In this document: piece by piece, positions 49,505 through 62,621 of the stretch | Position numbering within the stretch: the first letter of the stretch is position 1 | Layout of the letters: every line of letters begins with the position of its first letter | Assembly (NCBI RefSeq): GCF_006345805.1 | Contig: NC_042999.1 | Location: forward strand, 154,194,001-154,258,000 | Direction of reading: 5' to 3' | DNA from: Octopus sinensis | Taxonomy: Eukaryota | Length of the DNA stretch: 64,000 nucleotides | Made by a program: the position numbers and the translations under genes | Notes under the pieces: generated by a model | Databases searched by the model: none | Seen by the model: only the letters and a program-made list of their open reading frames with translations | Told to the model about the DNA's origin: nothing

Positions 49505-49830
49505 CCAGCTGTAAAAACCTTGCCACAACTGACCTCACCTGTGCTTGTGCCATGTAAAAAGCACTAAGTCCACTCTGCTGAGTGGTTGGTGTTAGGAAGG
49601 GCATCCCACTGTAAAAACCTTGCCAAAACAAACCTCACCTGTGCTTGTGCCATGTAAAAAGCACTAAGTCCACTCTGCTGAGTGGTTGGTGTTAGGAAGT
49701 GCATCCAGTCGTAAAAACCTTGCCAAAACTGACCTCGCCTGTGCTTGTGCCATGTAAAAAGCACTAAGTCCACTCTGCTGAGTGGTTGGTGTTAGGAAGA
49801 GCATCCCACTGTAAAAACCTTGCCAAAAAT
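49505..49830. repeat. Tandem array, 100-bp unit x about 3.2
   Basis: GTAAAAACCTTGCC recurs at 49511, 49611, 49711 and 49811; unit is a family B segment. Confidence 0.95.
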
Positions 49831-50416
49831 ATCACAGAAGTCTGGTGCTGGCTCCATGTCAAACCGTCCAACTCATGCCAGCATGGAAGGTGGATGTTAA
49901 ATGATGATGATGAATCAATAAACACACACAATGATGTAGGAGAATACAAACTTGCACACCCAAACAATTCTTTTTCTCAGAGTAAGATTATTATTATTAT
50001 TATTATTAATATACTATTCTGTACATTACCGAAAATGCTTATTCCTACTTATTACTATGGCTGTGAGGTTAGCAGCTTGCTTCCTAACCACATGGTTCCG
50101 AGTTCAGTCCCACTGTGTGACACTTTGGGCAAGTGCCAACTATAGGCCCAAACCAACCAATTCCTCATGAGTGGATTTGGTAAACAGAAACTGAAAGAAG
50201 CTGGTCATGTATATATCATGCAAGTATTTGTATCTTTGTGTCTGATCCCCACCACCTGAATAACAGGTGTTGGTTTGTTTACATATTTGTAACTGAGCAG
50301 CTCAGCAAAATGAGACCATTACAATAAGTACCAGGTTTTAAAAAAAAGCCCTGAGGTCGAAATCAACTAAAACACCTCAAGGTGGTGCCCCAGCATGGTC
50401 ACAAGTAAATGAGATA

Positions 50417-50843
50417 TATATTCTTTTATTCTTTTACTTGTTTCACTCATTTGACTTCAGCCATGCTGGAGCACTGCCTTTTGTCAAACAAATCGACCCC
50501 AGGAATTATTTTTTGTAAGCCTAGTATGTATTCTGGTGGTCCCTTTTGCTGAACTGTTAAGTTATGGGGATATAAACACACCAACATCGGTTGTCAAGTG
50601 ATGGTGGGTGGGGGACAAACACAGACACAAATATATACATACACACACACATATATATATACACACATATTATATATATATATGTACACACAATGGGCCT
50701 CTTTCAGTTTCCATCTCCCAAATCCACTCACAAGGCTTTGGTCAGTCCGAGACTATAGCAGATGACACTTGTCCAAGGTGCCATGCAGTGGGACTGAACC
50801 CGGAACCATGTGGGTGGGAAGTACCACACAGCCATTCTTGCGC
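50417..50843 (-). mobile_element. SINE family A, older copy
   Basis: Same family with CpG decay. Many further decayed copies occur (e.g. about 670-970, 5380-5750, 25900-26198, 36665-37015, 45200-45555, 59150-59660). Confidence 0.85.
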
Positions 50844-52571
50844 ATAACTTATTGACTTATTGTGGTTTAATTCTTGAAATTTTTAATTCGCAAACTATTT
50901 AAAAAAAAGAAGAAAATGTGTGGAAACTAGATTACCAGGAGATAAACACCCATAGAAATAATAATCATTCTTAAAATTTGCAAAATTTAAGTGTCTGGAG
51001 GAAACCCAGATATCTAAATATTGGAACCAGTCAAGAGAAATACATACAGTAATAAAGAAATATTAAGCTCTGTGAATCATTATACTTTGTGTTAAGCTAA
51101 GAAGTAGTGCACTGTACCAGAATTCTTGACTCAAGTCAAATCTAACAAACTACTCCAAATCATGGTTAGAGTATCTGCATAAGCTGTAACAATGAAGTCA
51201 AACCAAATAGGGACATTTTGAAATGATTAAATATATGTTTCAGGTTTGTGTAACATATAATAGGAAATGAACTCATTATGTAAGACCTTCAACTGTCATC
51301 ATCATCGTCGTTTAACGTCCGCTTTCCATGCTAGCATGACTTGGACGATTTGACTGAGGGCTGGCGAACCAGATCGCTGCACCAGGCTTCAATCTTGATC
51401 TGGCAGAGTTTCTACAGCTGGATGCCCTTCTTAACGCCAACCACTCCGAGATGTAATGGGTGCTTTTATGTGCCACTGGCATGAGGCCAGTCAGGCGGTA
51501 CTGGCAACAACCTCGCTTGAATCTTTTACACATGCCACTGGCACAGGTGCCAGTAAGGCGATGCTGGTAACGATCATGCTCAAATGGTGTCTTTTAAGTG
51601 CCACCAGCACGGAGGCCAGATAGCCGCTCTGGCAACGATCACGCTCGGAGGTAGTAGAGTAACTTGGCAAATGTCTTCTATAGCTCCAAGCTGACCATAG
51701 GCTTGTGAGCAGATTTAGTAGATGGAAACTGGAAGAAGCCCATTGTGTGAGCATGCATGTATCATTCTCTGACATCCACTTTTCCATGCTTGTAAAGGTT
51801 GCATGTTGTTGGATTTTCTACAACAGGATGCCCTTCTTGTTTCCAACCCTCACCTGTTCCCAAGTAAGGTTATGTGCATCATGACCAGACAGGTTTCATG
51901 AAAGACTGGAAGTGAAGGACACCGCTTGTATAACAGTGACACTCATTTACAGCTACTACACGAAGTCAAGGCAAGAAGGCAGTAACTCACACACACACGC
52001 GCACATGGCAGGCTTCTTTCTGTTTCCGTCTGCCAAATCTGCTAATAAGGGTTTGGCTGGCTTGGGCCTATAGTGGAAGACATTTTCCCAAGGTGCCATG
52101 AAGTGGGACCGAACACATGACCATGTGGTTTGGAAGTAAACTGACCACATATCCATGCCCACACCAATCGATCTTATCTGTGTGTGTGCCTGTGGCACAT
52201 AAAAAGCACTATTTGAGCGTGGTCGATGCCAGTGCCGCTTGACTGACTCCCATGCCAGTGGTACATAAAAAGTACCCACTACACTCTTGGAGAATTTGAA
52301 CTCCGAACGTAAAGACAGGTGGAATGCTAAGCATTTTGCCCAGTGTGCTAACGATTTTGCCACCTCATCACCTTACAAATTGCTAATATATAGATATCAA
52401 TACATGAATGACAAAAGAGATACATGGTCACATTTAATATGTTAAAGCCGTTTGTGCTATAACTAGTTGTGCACCCAGAGTTGAGATCCAGTGTAAAAAC
52501 TATGTAAGCTTCTTCAGAGCTATTCTGTATATACATTTGCGTTAACAGAAAGATTTAGAGAAGAACCTTAC

Positions 52572-52771
52572 AATATGGAACTGGTGTCTAGAACTGATAA
52601 AGATAAAACTAGCAAGGGCAAAAGCTTTACCTATAAAGAAAGGACAGGAAACTGCTGCAAACTGAGGAACGGCCATGATCAATACACAGAAAAGAAGACA
52701 AGAAGAACTCGATACAGTGTACTCACTGTAAACTGTGGAGACACAAGAGGTGTAGTGAGATCAAAGATAGG
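52572..52771 (-). CDS. Candidate exon pair 52727-52771 (PIFDLTTPLVSPQFT) and 52572-52630 (VKLLPLLVLSLSVLDTSSI) separated by a 96-nt intron
   Basis: GTGAGT and GTAAGG donors, pyrimidine-rich AG acceptors, phase-compatible; alternative acceptors exist. Confidence 0.25.
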
Positions 52772-53434
52772 CTGATAGAGAAGGAAGAGTCTGTGTAGCA
52801 GATGTCAAAGAAATGATTGAATTTAAGAGTAGCCAGGAGGTAAATGCTAACACTTTAGAATTTAAATTAGTCATAACCAGCTCAAATATGCTTCCTGCTT
52901 TAAGTTCAAACCAGCCAGATCAGTTATAAGAAAGTTTGCTGAAAACATTTTTGCAGTATTAAAACTTGTTTTAAATGACATTAAATATTTTTAAATGTTG
53001 AACATTGAAAAAAGACTTGCCTATATAATACTTTTATAAAAATCTTTTATTCTTTTTTTATATAATAAAACATCCTTTATCATTGTCCATAGAGCAAATT
53101 TGTCTTACAGTGAATTTTCCCAACAAAGGCCAGATCTGGCTTTTCACATCTACCTACAATGTCATTTCAAAAATAATTATATCATTTAAATCTCAAAGCT
53201 ATGAGATAATGCATTATTAACACAATGTGAATAATTAGACAAAATGTTTGACAGAATAATCTAAATGCTAAAAGGTTAGATGTCAGGAATGGTCCAGAGA
53301 AGAGTAGTTGATAACATCATTAATTTAAGTGACCTAATTAACATCACTAATTTAAGTGACCTAGTTAACAGTGTAGGTGGTTGCTCTGAAAGAATAGCAG
53401 CTAAATAAGTAGAGGTGGAAAAAGTTTAGGGAGA

Positions 53435-53571
53435 GAGTTTCACTGTCATACAAGCAATGTTGTTTGTTTCCAGTGTTCCGTGAAAAACAGGTCTGACTAT
53501 ACGGAAATATTACCTTTCTTGAAAACAAGCGAGAGTTGGTGACAAGGAGGGCACTGCCTGCGGAAAATCTA
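53435..53571 (+). repeat. Local duplicate of 54045-54477 lacking the SINE insertion
   Basis: 2 mismatches over ~132 aligned bp. Confidence 0.9.
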
Positions 53572-53574
53572 TGA

Positions 53575-53835
53575 TAGGTGGTAACAAAGGGATTTTTTTC
53601 CAAACAAAGAGCAGATTGTATGGCACTTGTGTATAAATTGTTGAATAGGTGTAAAATGTGGAGACTGAATATAGAGTATAAGAAGAGGTTGGAAAATAAA
53701 AACACTGAGGGGCGTATGCAATGCTGGATATATAAGTTAGTGTGCCAGAAGAAACAAAGGGAAATCTGGGAAGAAGAGAAATGAGACAGAGTGAGCAAGA
53801 GAGAAGACTGCACTGGCATGGATGTGAAAATGATG
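53575..53835 (+). mobile_element. Decayed RTE LINE fragment
   Basis: TEGRMQCW..QERRLHWHG, compare RTE ERRMLRW..QERRLRWYGH. Confidence 0.6.
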
Positions 53836-54113
53836 ATGTGTATGTTATATGGAGATGTGGCTGTGCTGTTAGGAAGCTTGCTTCCCTACCAATTGGCCTC
53901 AGGTACTTCCCCATTGTGCAGTACCTTGGGTAATGTCTTCTATTGGAGCCTTTGTGGATTTGGTAAATGGAAACTGAATGAAGCCCAGTGTGTGAGTGCG
54001 AGCACGGTATATCATCGCCATGACATCATGTGATGGTTGTAAATGAGTTTCACTGTCATACAAGCAATGTTGTTTGTTTCCAGTGTTCTGTGAAAAACAG
54101 GTCTGACTATACG

Positions 54114-54414
54114 TAAAAGCACCATCCGTTCGTGTCCGTTGTCAGCCTTGCCTGGCCCCCGTGCCAGTGGCACGTAAAAACACCATCCGTTCGTGGCCGT
54201 TTGCCAGCTCTGTCTGGCACCTGTGCAGGTGGCATGTAAAAGGCACCCACTACACTCACGGAGTGGTTGGCGTTAGGAAGGGCATCCAGCCGTAGAAACA
54301 CTGCCAGATCTGACTGGGCCTGATGAAGCCTTCCGGCTTCACAGACCCCAGTTGAACCGTCCAACCCATGCTAGCATGGAAAACGGACGCTAAATGATGA
54401 TGATGATGATGATG
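54114..54414 (+). mobile_element. Young 5'-truncated family B insertion
   Basis: Intact CpGs, (GAT)n tail; empty site preserved at 53435-53571. Confidence 0.9.
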
Positions 54415-54832
54415 ATTACCTTTCTTGAAAACAAGCGAGAGTTGGTGACAAGGAGGGCACTGGCTGCGGAAAATCTACCTCAACAAATTCTGTCTGACTC
54501 CTGCCGGTATGAAAAAGTGCACATTAAATGATGATATATATAATATGGAGGTAAATCATGATAGTCGGTGCACCAGTGTTTACATATGTGCTCAATACAA
54601 TGGCAGGGCATGGTGCAACGCTTTGTGTAATGTTTATCTCAGTTGAATGGCTAACAATACAGGATACATTCCATTTAAGTAAGTCCAGTTCATTTTTATT
54701 CCATTATGTGCCGTGCTTGCAAAGATTTTAATTTTAACTATTTATATCATATCAAATACACATTTAATGTGTTGGTATGTATAGACATATACAAAGTTTT
54801 TAGGAAGTTAACATATACATATATACATAAAG

Positions 54833-55070
54833 GTAAGGCGGCGAGCTGGCAGAAATGTTAGCACGCCGGGCGAAATGCTTAGCGGTATTTCATCTGCCAT
54901 TACATTCTGAGTTCAAATTTCGCCGAGGTCGACTTTGCCTTTCATCCGTTTGTGGTCGAAAAATAAAGTACCAGTTTCGCACTGGGGGGGTCAATGTAAT
55001 CGACTTAATCCCTTTGTCTGTCCTTGTTTGTTCCCTCTATGTTTAGCCCCTTATGGGTAGTAAAAGAAAT
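54833..55070 (+). mobile_element. SINE family C
   Basis: Near-identical to 17501-17718. Confidence 0.85.
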
Positions 55071-55274
55071 GGCAGAGTTTCTACAGCTGGATGCCCCTTC
55101 CTAACGCCAACCACTCCGAGAGTAAAAAGGACCCACTACACTCTCGGAGTGGTTGGCGTTAGGAAGGGCATCCAGCTGTAGAAACTCTGCCAGATCAAGA
55201 CTGGAACCTGGTGCAACCATCTGATTGCCAGCCCTCAGTCAAAACCGTCCAACCCATGCCAGCATGGAAAACGG

Positions 55275-55795
55275 ATGATGTCTCAGGACAATCTGCAGTT
55301 ATTCACTAAAAGACAGAGAGAGTCTAATGTCGACCTTGTTTAGCAAGTGTAAGATTGGTGGAATTGAGAGCTTCGTTATGCAGTGACAATTGCAATGGGC
55401 TGGCCATGTCATCAGAATAAGTAACAAAAGAATACCCAAAGTCCTCATGTACAACCAGCTTGATAGTGGGCACAAGAATGTTAGCTGACCATGGCTCAGA
55501 TATAAAGGCCTCTCAGCAGTCAATATAGTTCACAACACCTTTGAGCAAACAGCCTTGGGGCGAACAAAATTGGGATTGTTGAGCCAAAAGGGCTAAGAGG
55601 TACAAGGCAAAGGAGAAAAGTGATTGCCAGTATATTACCTACACTGACCTTAATCTTAATACTTACAATATGCACGAGTTTTGCAAATCACTGGCAGGAC
55701 TCAAATATCACATTCAACAGATACATTATGCCCGACAAAGGAAGTATAGGTTGTCAGATCTTCATACTTTGAAACTGATGGGAAAGTCCATTACA
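55275..55795 (+). mobile_element. Decayed RTE-BovB-like LINE 3' end
   Basis: GIESFVMQ*QLQWAGHVIRISNKRIPKVLMYNQL..PWLRYK..CKSLAGLKYHI. Confidence 0.85.
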
Positions 55796-57679
55796 TAAGG
55801 TGCAGGAGTGGTCGTGTGGTAAGAAGCTTGCTTCCCAACCACATGGTTCCAGGTTCAGCCCCACTGCTGGCATCTTAGGCAAGTGTCTTCTACTATAGTC
55901 TCAGGCCAACCATAGCCTTGTGAGTGGATTTGGTAGACAGAAAATGAAAGACGTCTGTTGTATATAACCAGCCCATTTATGAATACCCCTCACTCATTGG
56001 ACAATAAACCTTGCGTGTTAAGACCTATTGAGGCAAGTGAAATCAAAATCAAAATTGCTGACATTGCCAACAACAGTACCGCCTGATTGGCACTCATGCC
56101 AGTGGAATGTTAAAAGCACATTCAAGAATGGGGTGTAACCAACCCACTTATGAGTACCCCTCATTCATTGGACAATGAACTTTACCTCAGTGAGGTCCAA
56201 CGTTCAAAACAAACCTATCGAGGCAAGTGTAAACCAATCAAAATCACTGACATGTCCGATGAAAGTACTGCCTGATTGGCACTCGTGCCAGTGGAACATT
56301 AAAAGAAGCATGTTCAAGCGTAATCATTGCCAGGGTCACAGATTGGATCCTGTGCCGGTGACACATGAAAAGCACAAATCGAGCATGATCATTGCCAGCG
56401 TCACCTTACCGGCACATGAAAAACAGCATTCGAGCGTGGTCGTTGCCAGCGCTGCCAGACTGGCTTCCGTGCAGGTAGCACATAAAAACACCTTTTCTGC
56501 ATGATCATTGCCAGAACTGCCTGACTGGCCCTCGTGCCGGTGGCAAGTAAAGCACCCACTACACTCCCAGGGTGGTTGGCGTTAAGAAGGGTATCCAGCT
56601 GTAGAAACTTTGCTAGATCAGATTGAGCCTGGTGCAGCCTCTAGGAAATTAGCATTTATACATACATGTGTATATATGTATGTTATATATATGTATATAG
56701 GTACATAATATTTTGCGTGTGTGTGGAGTGAAGGCATGTGGCTTAGTGATTTGGGGTATTTGGCCCACAATTGTAAGGTCATGAGTTCCATTCTCAATGG
56801 TGCATTTAGGTCTTGAGCAAGACATTATTTCACATTGCCACAGTCCACTTTACTGGCAAAATTGAGTAGTACCTGTGTTTCAAAGGACCAGCCTTGTCAC
56901 ATCCTGTACCATACTGAATCATGAAGTATTCTGCTAAGGGTACACGTCTGTAGAGTGCTCAGCCATTTGCACATTAATTTCATGAGCAGGCTGGTCCGTC
57001 AATTGGATCAACTGGAACACTCGTCATTATAACCAACAAAATACCATTTAAATATGTGAGAGAGAGAGAGAGAAAGAAAGTGTGTGTCTGTGTGAGTGTT
57101 TATGCATGTATATGAGGTCATCATTTAATGTCTGTTTCCTGTGATGGCTGGCTCTGCTGTCAGCTTTGGCAGGGTTTCTACAGCAGGATGCCCTTCCTAA
57201 CACCAACCACTTCACAGAGCGTAGTGGGTACTTTTTAAGTGACACCAGCAGCAGTGAGGTCACCAAATAATTTACAAGACCCCTCAACCAAGTAGGGAAT
57301 AATATTGAGGGTGGTGGCTTTGTACCATATGATGGAAAGTTAAGGGGCAGAAATCGATGTCTTGTAGTAAATGCGATACATGCCTACATCTGTAGAAGAG
57401 AGATGGGAGAGAAGATGAAACTGTGAAGGTGGAAGAGACACTCAAGTTATAGGGAGGTGTTTAAGGAAAGAAGAACCAAGGACTGTATAGGGCTGATGGG
57501 TAGCAGGGAGGGAATGTGGTGATTAGCCATAGATAGGAAGTGTTAGGAGGATATATTGTGGGGAAGTCATTTGACCAGAACACATTGTGTGTAGGTACGA
57601 TTGCGAGGATGAGTGTGAAAGAAGAGTAGGAGATAGAGGGAGGAGACTACAGCAAACTATATATGTGTGTGTGTATCAA

Positions 57680-57889
57680 TTTGCCTCCATGAGACCTAAC
57701 ACTCAAAAGGAACTCAGCCACTTTACCTCAGTGAGGTCCAACGCTCAAAATGAACTCAGCCGCTTTGTCTCCATGAGGCCCAATGCTCGAAAAGAGCTAG
57801 GCCACTTTGCCTCCATGAGGCCCAACACTCAAAAGGAACTCGGCCACTTTGCCTCAGTGAGGCCCAATGCTCAAAAGGAACTCGGCCAC
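57680..57889. repeat. Minisatellite, 42-bp unit x5
   Basis: TTTGCCTCCATGAGGCCCAACRCTCAAAAGGAACTCGGCCAC consensus. Confidence 0.95.
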
Positions 57890-58538
57890 ATACACACACA
57901 TGTATAGGTTTGGTGATGAAAACAGGAATAGAATTCAAAACATGAGTATTCATATATTTTTTCGTAAAAATCAGCAAGAGCTGAGAGTTACGTGCATTGG
58001 TGTTTGAAATGTCAACACATGAAACTTGCAGCCCTTGAGTCATTCTAATTTTAGCCAGTGATTAACACACAAACACAGAAGGCATACACACATGCAGAGA
58101 GAGATAGACACGCAGGTAGGCAGGCAGTAATACAGGCAGGCACAGACGCATATACATAAACTGACCCACACACACACATATTCACAAACATACATGCAAA
58201 CACACGTACAGTCCTAAAGAAACTAAACAGGCATTAGTAACAAAAAAAAAAAAAAAGAAAGCAAAACTAATCGTGTTAGCAAGATAGACACTAAAATTAA
58301 CAGCTTTCCCTCCATTAGCGTCTGGTCAATGACATTCCATTTTAAAACTACTGCTGGGTCATCGAGACAAATATCTCTCTACCTTAAATCACTGCAGATT
58401 TACTAACGAAGGACTGCAGATAGTTTTCAACCGGACAGTTGCATAAAAACAGATTGAAAGACTGGGTGGCTGGGGAGGATAACAAGCCACGCATTTAATA
58501 ATATAATGGCAGAAAAAACTTGAAGAGGAGCTTTCGTA

Positions 58539-58940
58539 TTCTTTTATCTTTTACTTGTTTCAGTCATTTGACTGCGGCCATGCTGGAGCACCGCCTTTAG
58601 TCGAGCAAATCGACCCCGGGACTTATTCTTTGTAAGCCCAGTACTTATTCTATCGGTCTCTTTTGCCGAACCGCTAAGTGACGGGGACGTAAACACACCA
58701 GCATCGGTTGTCAAGCAATGCTAGGGGACAAACACACAAACACACACACATATATATATATATATACATATATACGACAGGCTTCTTTCAGTTTCCGTCT
58801 ACCAAATCCACTCACAAGGCATTGGTCGGCCCGGGGCTATAGCAGAAGACACTTGCCCAAGATGCCACGCAGTGGGACTGAACCCGGAGCCACGTGGTTG
58901 GTTAGCAAGCTACTTACCACACAGCCACTCCTGCGCCTAT
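58539..58940 (-). mobile_element. Full-length young tRNA-derived SINE, family A (CORE-like, Octopus OK/OR-type)
   Basis: On minus strand: A-box TGGCTGTGTGG, B-box GGTTCAGTCCC, CORE-like CTTGGGCAAGTGTCTT, internal (TA)n/(TG)n, (TAAAAGA)n-like tail; CpGs intact. Confidence 0.9.
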
Positions 58941-61900
58941 TAGTTTGTTTTAATTTATTTTTTCAATTTTGAACACTCTACTTGAGGGAGTTTTTTTTCT
59001 ACTAATTACTATGATAACCAGTTGGTTAAAAAAAAAATTCTTCATCATCATCATCATCGTTTAACGTCCGCTTTCCATGCTAGCATGGGTTGGACGATTT
59101 AACTGAGGGCTGGCAAACTAGATGGCCGCAACAGGCTCCACGAGACCAGCCGTGGCTGTGTGGTTAAGTTTGCTTCCCAACCATACGGTTCCAGGTTCAG
59201 TCCCACTGTGTAGAACCCTGGGTAGGTGTCTTCTATAACAACCCCGAGTCAATCAAAGCCTTGTGAGTAACTTGATAAATAGTAATTGAAGGAAACCTAA
59301 CATAGGCACAGGCGTGGCTGTGTGGTAAGAAGTTTGCTTTCCAATCACATTGTTCCAGGTTCAGTCCCACTGTGTGATACCTTGGACAAGTGTTTTCTAC
59401 TATAGCCTCAGGCCAACCCAAACCTTGTCAGTGGATTTGATAAATAGAAACTGAAAGAAGCCCATCGTATGTATGTACATCTGTGTTTGTTCCCCACCAC
59501 TGCTTGACAACTGGTGTTGATGTGTTTATGTCCCCTGTAACTTAACGGTTCGGCAAAAGTGATCAATAAATTAAGTACCAAGGCTTAAAAAAGATATACA
59601 AGTACTGGCATTGATTTGACTAAAAATTCTTCAAGGTGGTGCCCCAGCATGGCCACACAGTCATAAAATGAACAAATCCATCATAGAAGCAGTGATCTTC
59701 ATTTCTCATCTTCTATAAAAACATGTCTAGCTATGGGGAAAATATTACCATCGTTGGGAACAGGTGAGGGCAGGTGACAAGAAGGGCATCCAGCCATAGA
59801 AAATCTGTCTCAATGAATTCCATCTAACCCATGCAAGCATGGTGAAGTGGATGTTAAAAATTCTAATTTTGAAAAGGATGGGGTAAATTAATTACACCTG
59901 GCTGGTATTTTATTTCATTTACCCTGAAAGAATGGAAAACAAAGTTGACCTCAGCACAATTTGAACTCAGATCAAGCTGGTGAAAAAAAACAGCTAAGCA
60001 TTTTGTTTCACACTTAGATGCTAACATTCATATAAGAAAATGAATACCTCTGCCCATTTAATTGGATATCATACAAGCTGTGACCTTTCCCTCGTATTGA
60101 TATATATCAAATAGTCCTTACAAGACATAAAACAACACATTCATAAGAAGATCGCATTTCTTGATTATACTGACCCTAATATGACATTGTAGTCATGGTC
60201 AACGCCAGTGTCATCTCAGTGGCACCCATGCTAGTGGTACGTAAAAAGCACCATTCAGGCATTGGGCCTCACAGGGGCAATGACAGGTGACCATTGGTGA
60301 TATACTGTGCTTGTGTTGACCTCTCGAGCCAAATGAGACCGTAGTCGTGGCCAATGTTGGTGTCAGATCAATAGCACCTGTGCCAGTGGCACATAAAATG
60401 CATGCACTACACTCTCGGAGTGGTTGGTGTTAGGAAGAGCATACAGCTGTAGAAACCTTGCCAAATCAGATTGGAACCAGGTGCAGCCCCACTGGCTTAC
60501 CAGTTTTCAGACAAACCGTTTCGACCCATGCCAACATAGAAAGCAGATGTTAAACAATGATGATGATTGGTCCCAAAGTGAAGTAAAGGCTAAGTCAATA
60601 GGTGCTGAATGCAAAATTTGACCATAAACAGGTGTAGCTAAACACCTCAAGTCATTCTATCTATGGCACTCAACCATCCAAGATGAATCTAAAAGATTCC
60701 TTTCTTAAAGTGACACAAGATCTACAGTTAATCCACTAGGCTTATCCCATCAGTTCAGGCAGGATAAAACACAATTCTGTCCTTAGTTGGATTTTAACTC
60801 ATCACAAGTATGATAAACATTGATATCTCACAACAGAATCTGTTTTTCCTTTTGATACTAACCCACCTGGTGCCACACCTGGTTCTATAATACAAACGTC
60901 CTGTTTTAAAGCTATCCAAATTAAAACCTTCCATAAAAAATTTCATGGTAATTTACATTCCAAACACCACCCTTTCATTACCAACCCGGCTGAAACCACC
61001 TCTGGCTCTGTAGTACAAATGTCTTGTTTTCATAAGTTTTGAATTAAAATCTTCCACCAAACCTTAGTCATAATTTATGTTCCTAAAACTAGCTGAATGA
61101 TAACTAAGTTATTTTCCTAAATTCTTTTGTTATAGTTAAAGTAACTGAAAGAAACACAGAGCATCTCAAAATAAATATAGTAATGAAAGGGTTCATAATG
61201 TCAGAGTCATTTAACTAAATCCTTCATTATTTTCAAAATTTATTGAAACTAAGTCTATCAATAGGAATACAGTAACAAAATGGTTAAGAGAAATATATGA
61301 AAAATGAATTTGACAGTTTTCGTTTGTTCATCAAATGACCAAAACGATACTTGTGCATTCTAACTGCCATTCCTCTATTCTATTGTGTCTCATATTGACG
61401 TTGTATCTGGACCTCACATCTCTCTCTCACCTTCCAGATGAGCAAGCCATGAATTCACCTGTTCAGTAATACAGTGCTCCTCTCCCTCTATCAGATTTTT
61501 ATTTCTCAGTGGAGAGGGGGGGGTCTTCTCTTGTAGGTACTTGGCAACCTCAGTGGTACTGGTACCAATATAAAAAAAACACAGTATATTGGGCATCCAG
61601 CTGTTGAAACCATGCCAAAACAGGTATAGACCCTAGCAGAAAACCTCTGGATTGTTTCTTGTTATCAAGCAAACCAACCCATGCCAACATGGGAAAACAG
61701 GATGTTAAACTATGATGATGATGTGAGGAGACATCCTCACGCTTTTTCCATATAAATGATGATGATGATCAATAACTTAGAATATGTTCATATTCTTATT
61801 TAACTCACAGTGAGATTTTGTAATATGCAAATTTCAGCACAAATATGCAAATCAGGCCACCCACTACTGTTGTAGCTTAATTTATGATTGCTTTATATAG

Positions 61901-62621
61901 CAGCCGATCTATGCTATAGATTGGGGAAGGAAGACGAGTTTGTCTTCTCTGAGGATTGGTCAACAAACAATAAAACAGCCTGCCAGGGGCCTCTGAAAAA
62001 ACAGGAGTCAACACATCAATAGCATATTTTATTTAACCCACAATGAGGATTCTGTCTTGTGCATGTGTATATAAACAGAGAGAGAGAGGAAGAGAGAGGG
62101 AGAAAGAGAGAGATCTCCCATATGCTCCACAGTTAAAGATGAGCATATTCTCCCTCTTAAATCATCTTTAAACATGGATACTTCTGCCCTTCCTCCCCTC
62201 TTAATCCTCGCCCAAATAGAACAACATTACTATATGGCTACTTACCCCTCAACCATTTTTGTTTTTCCTCTCATCCACTCTTCCTCTTCCCACTATGCTT
62301 TTCCCATTTTCCTGATGAAGGGCTAATGTCCAAAACATTAAAGCTTTTCCTCATTACTATTAAGCATTAAGGTAATACAGTATTTGTTAAAACTTGTCCT
62401 TCCAGTTCTGTCTTTTTGCTTTTATTGTTCATTGTGTTTAAATAGTTAGATAGATACACTCAGTGTTTGCGTACAATAGACAGTTTTTATGCACCAATAG
62501 ATGTTAACACAATTCTTACACATTGCTAATGTCAATATATAAACAGTTGTAAGTCATGGAAACTCCATTGTTGATCAGTTCATAGTAAGAAATACTATTT
62601 TATAGAGTGAACTCTTTGAAG

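Noticed and set aside
49505-57889. 100-bp and 42-bp arrays as possible CRISPR arrays
   Set aside because: Contiguous units without unique spacers, derived from retroposon sequence, no cas genes, eukaryotic context.
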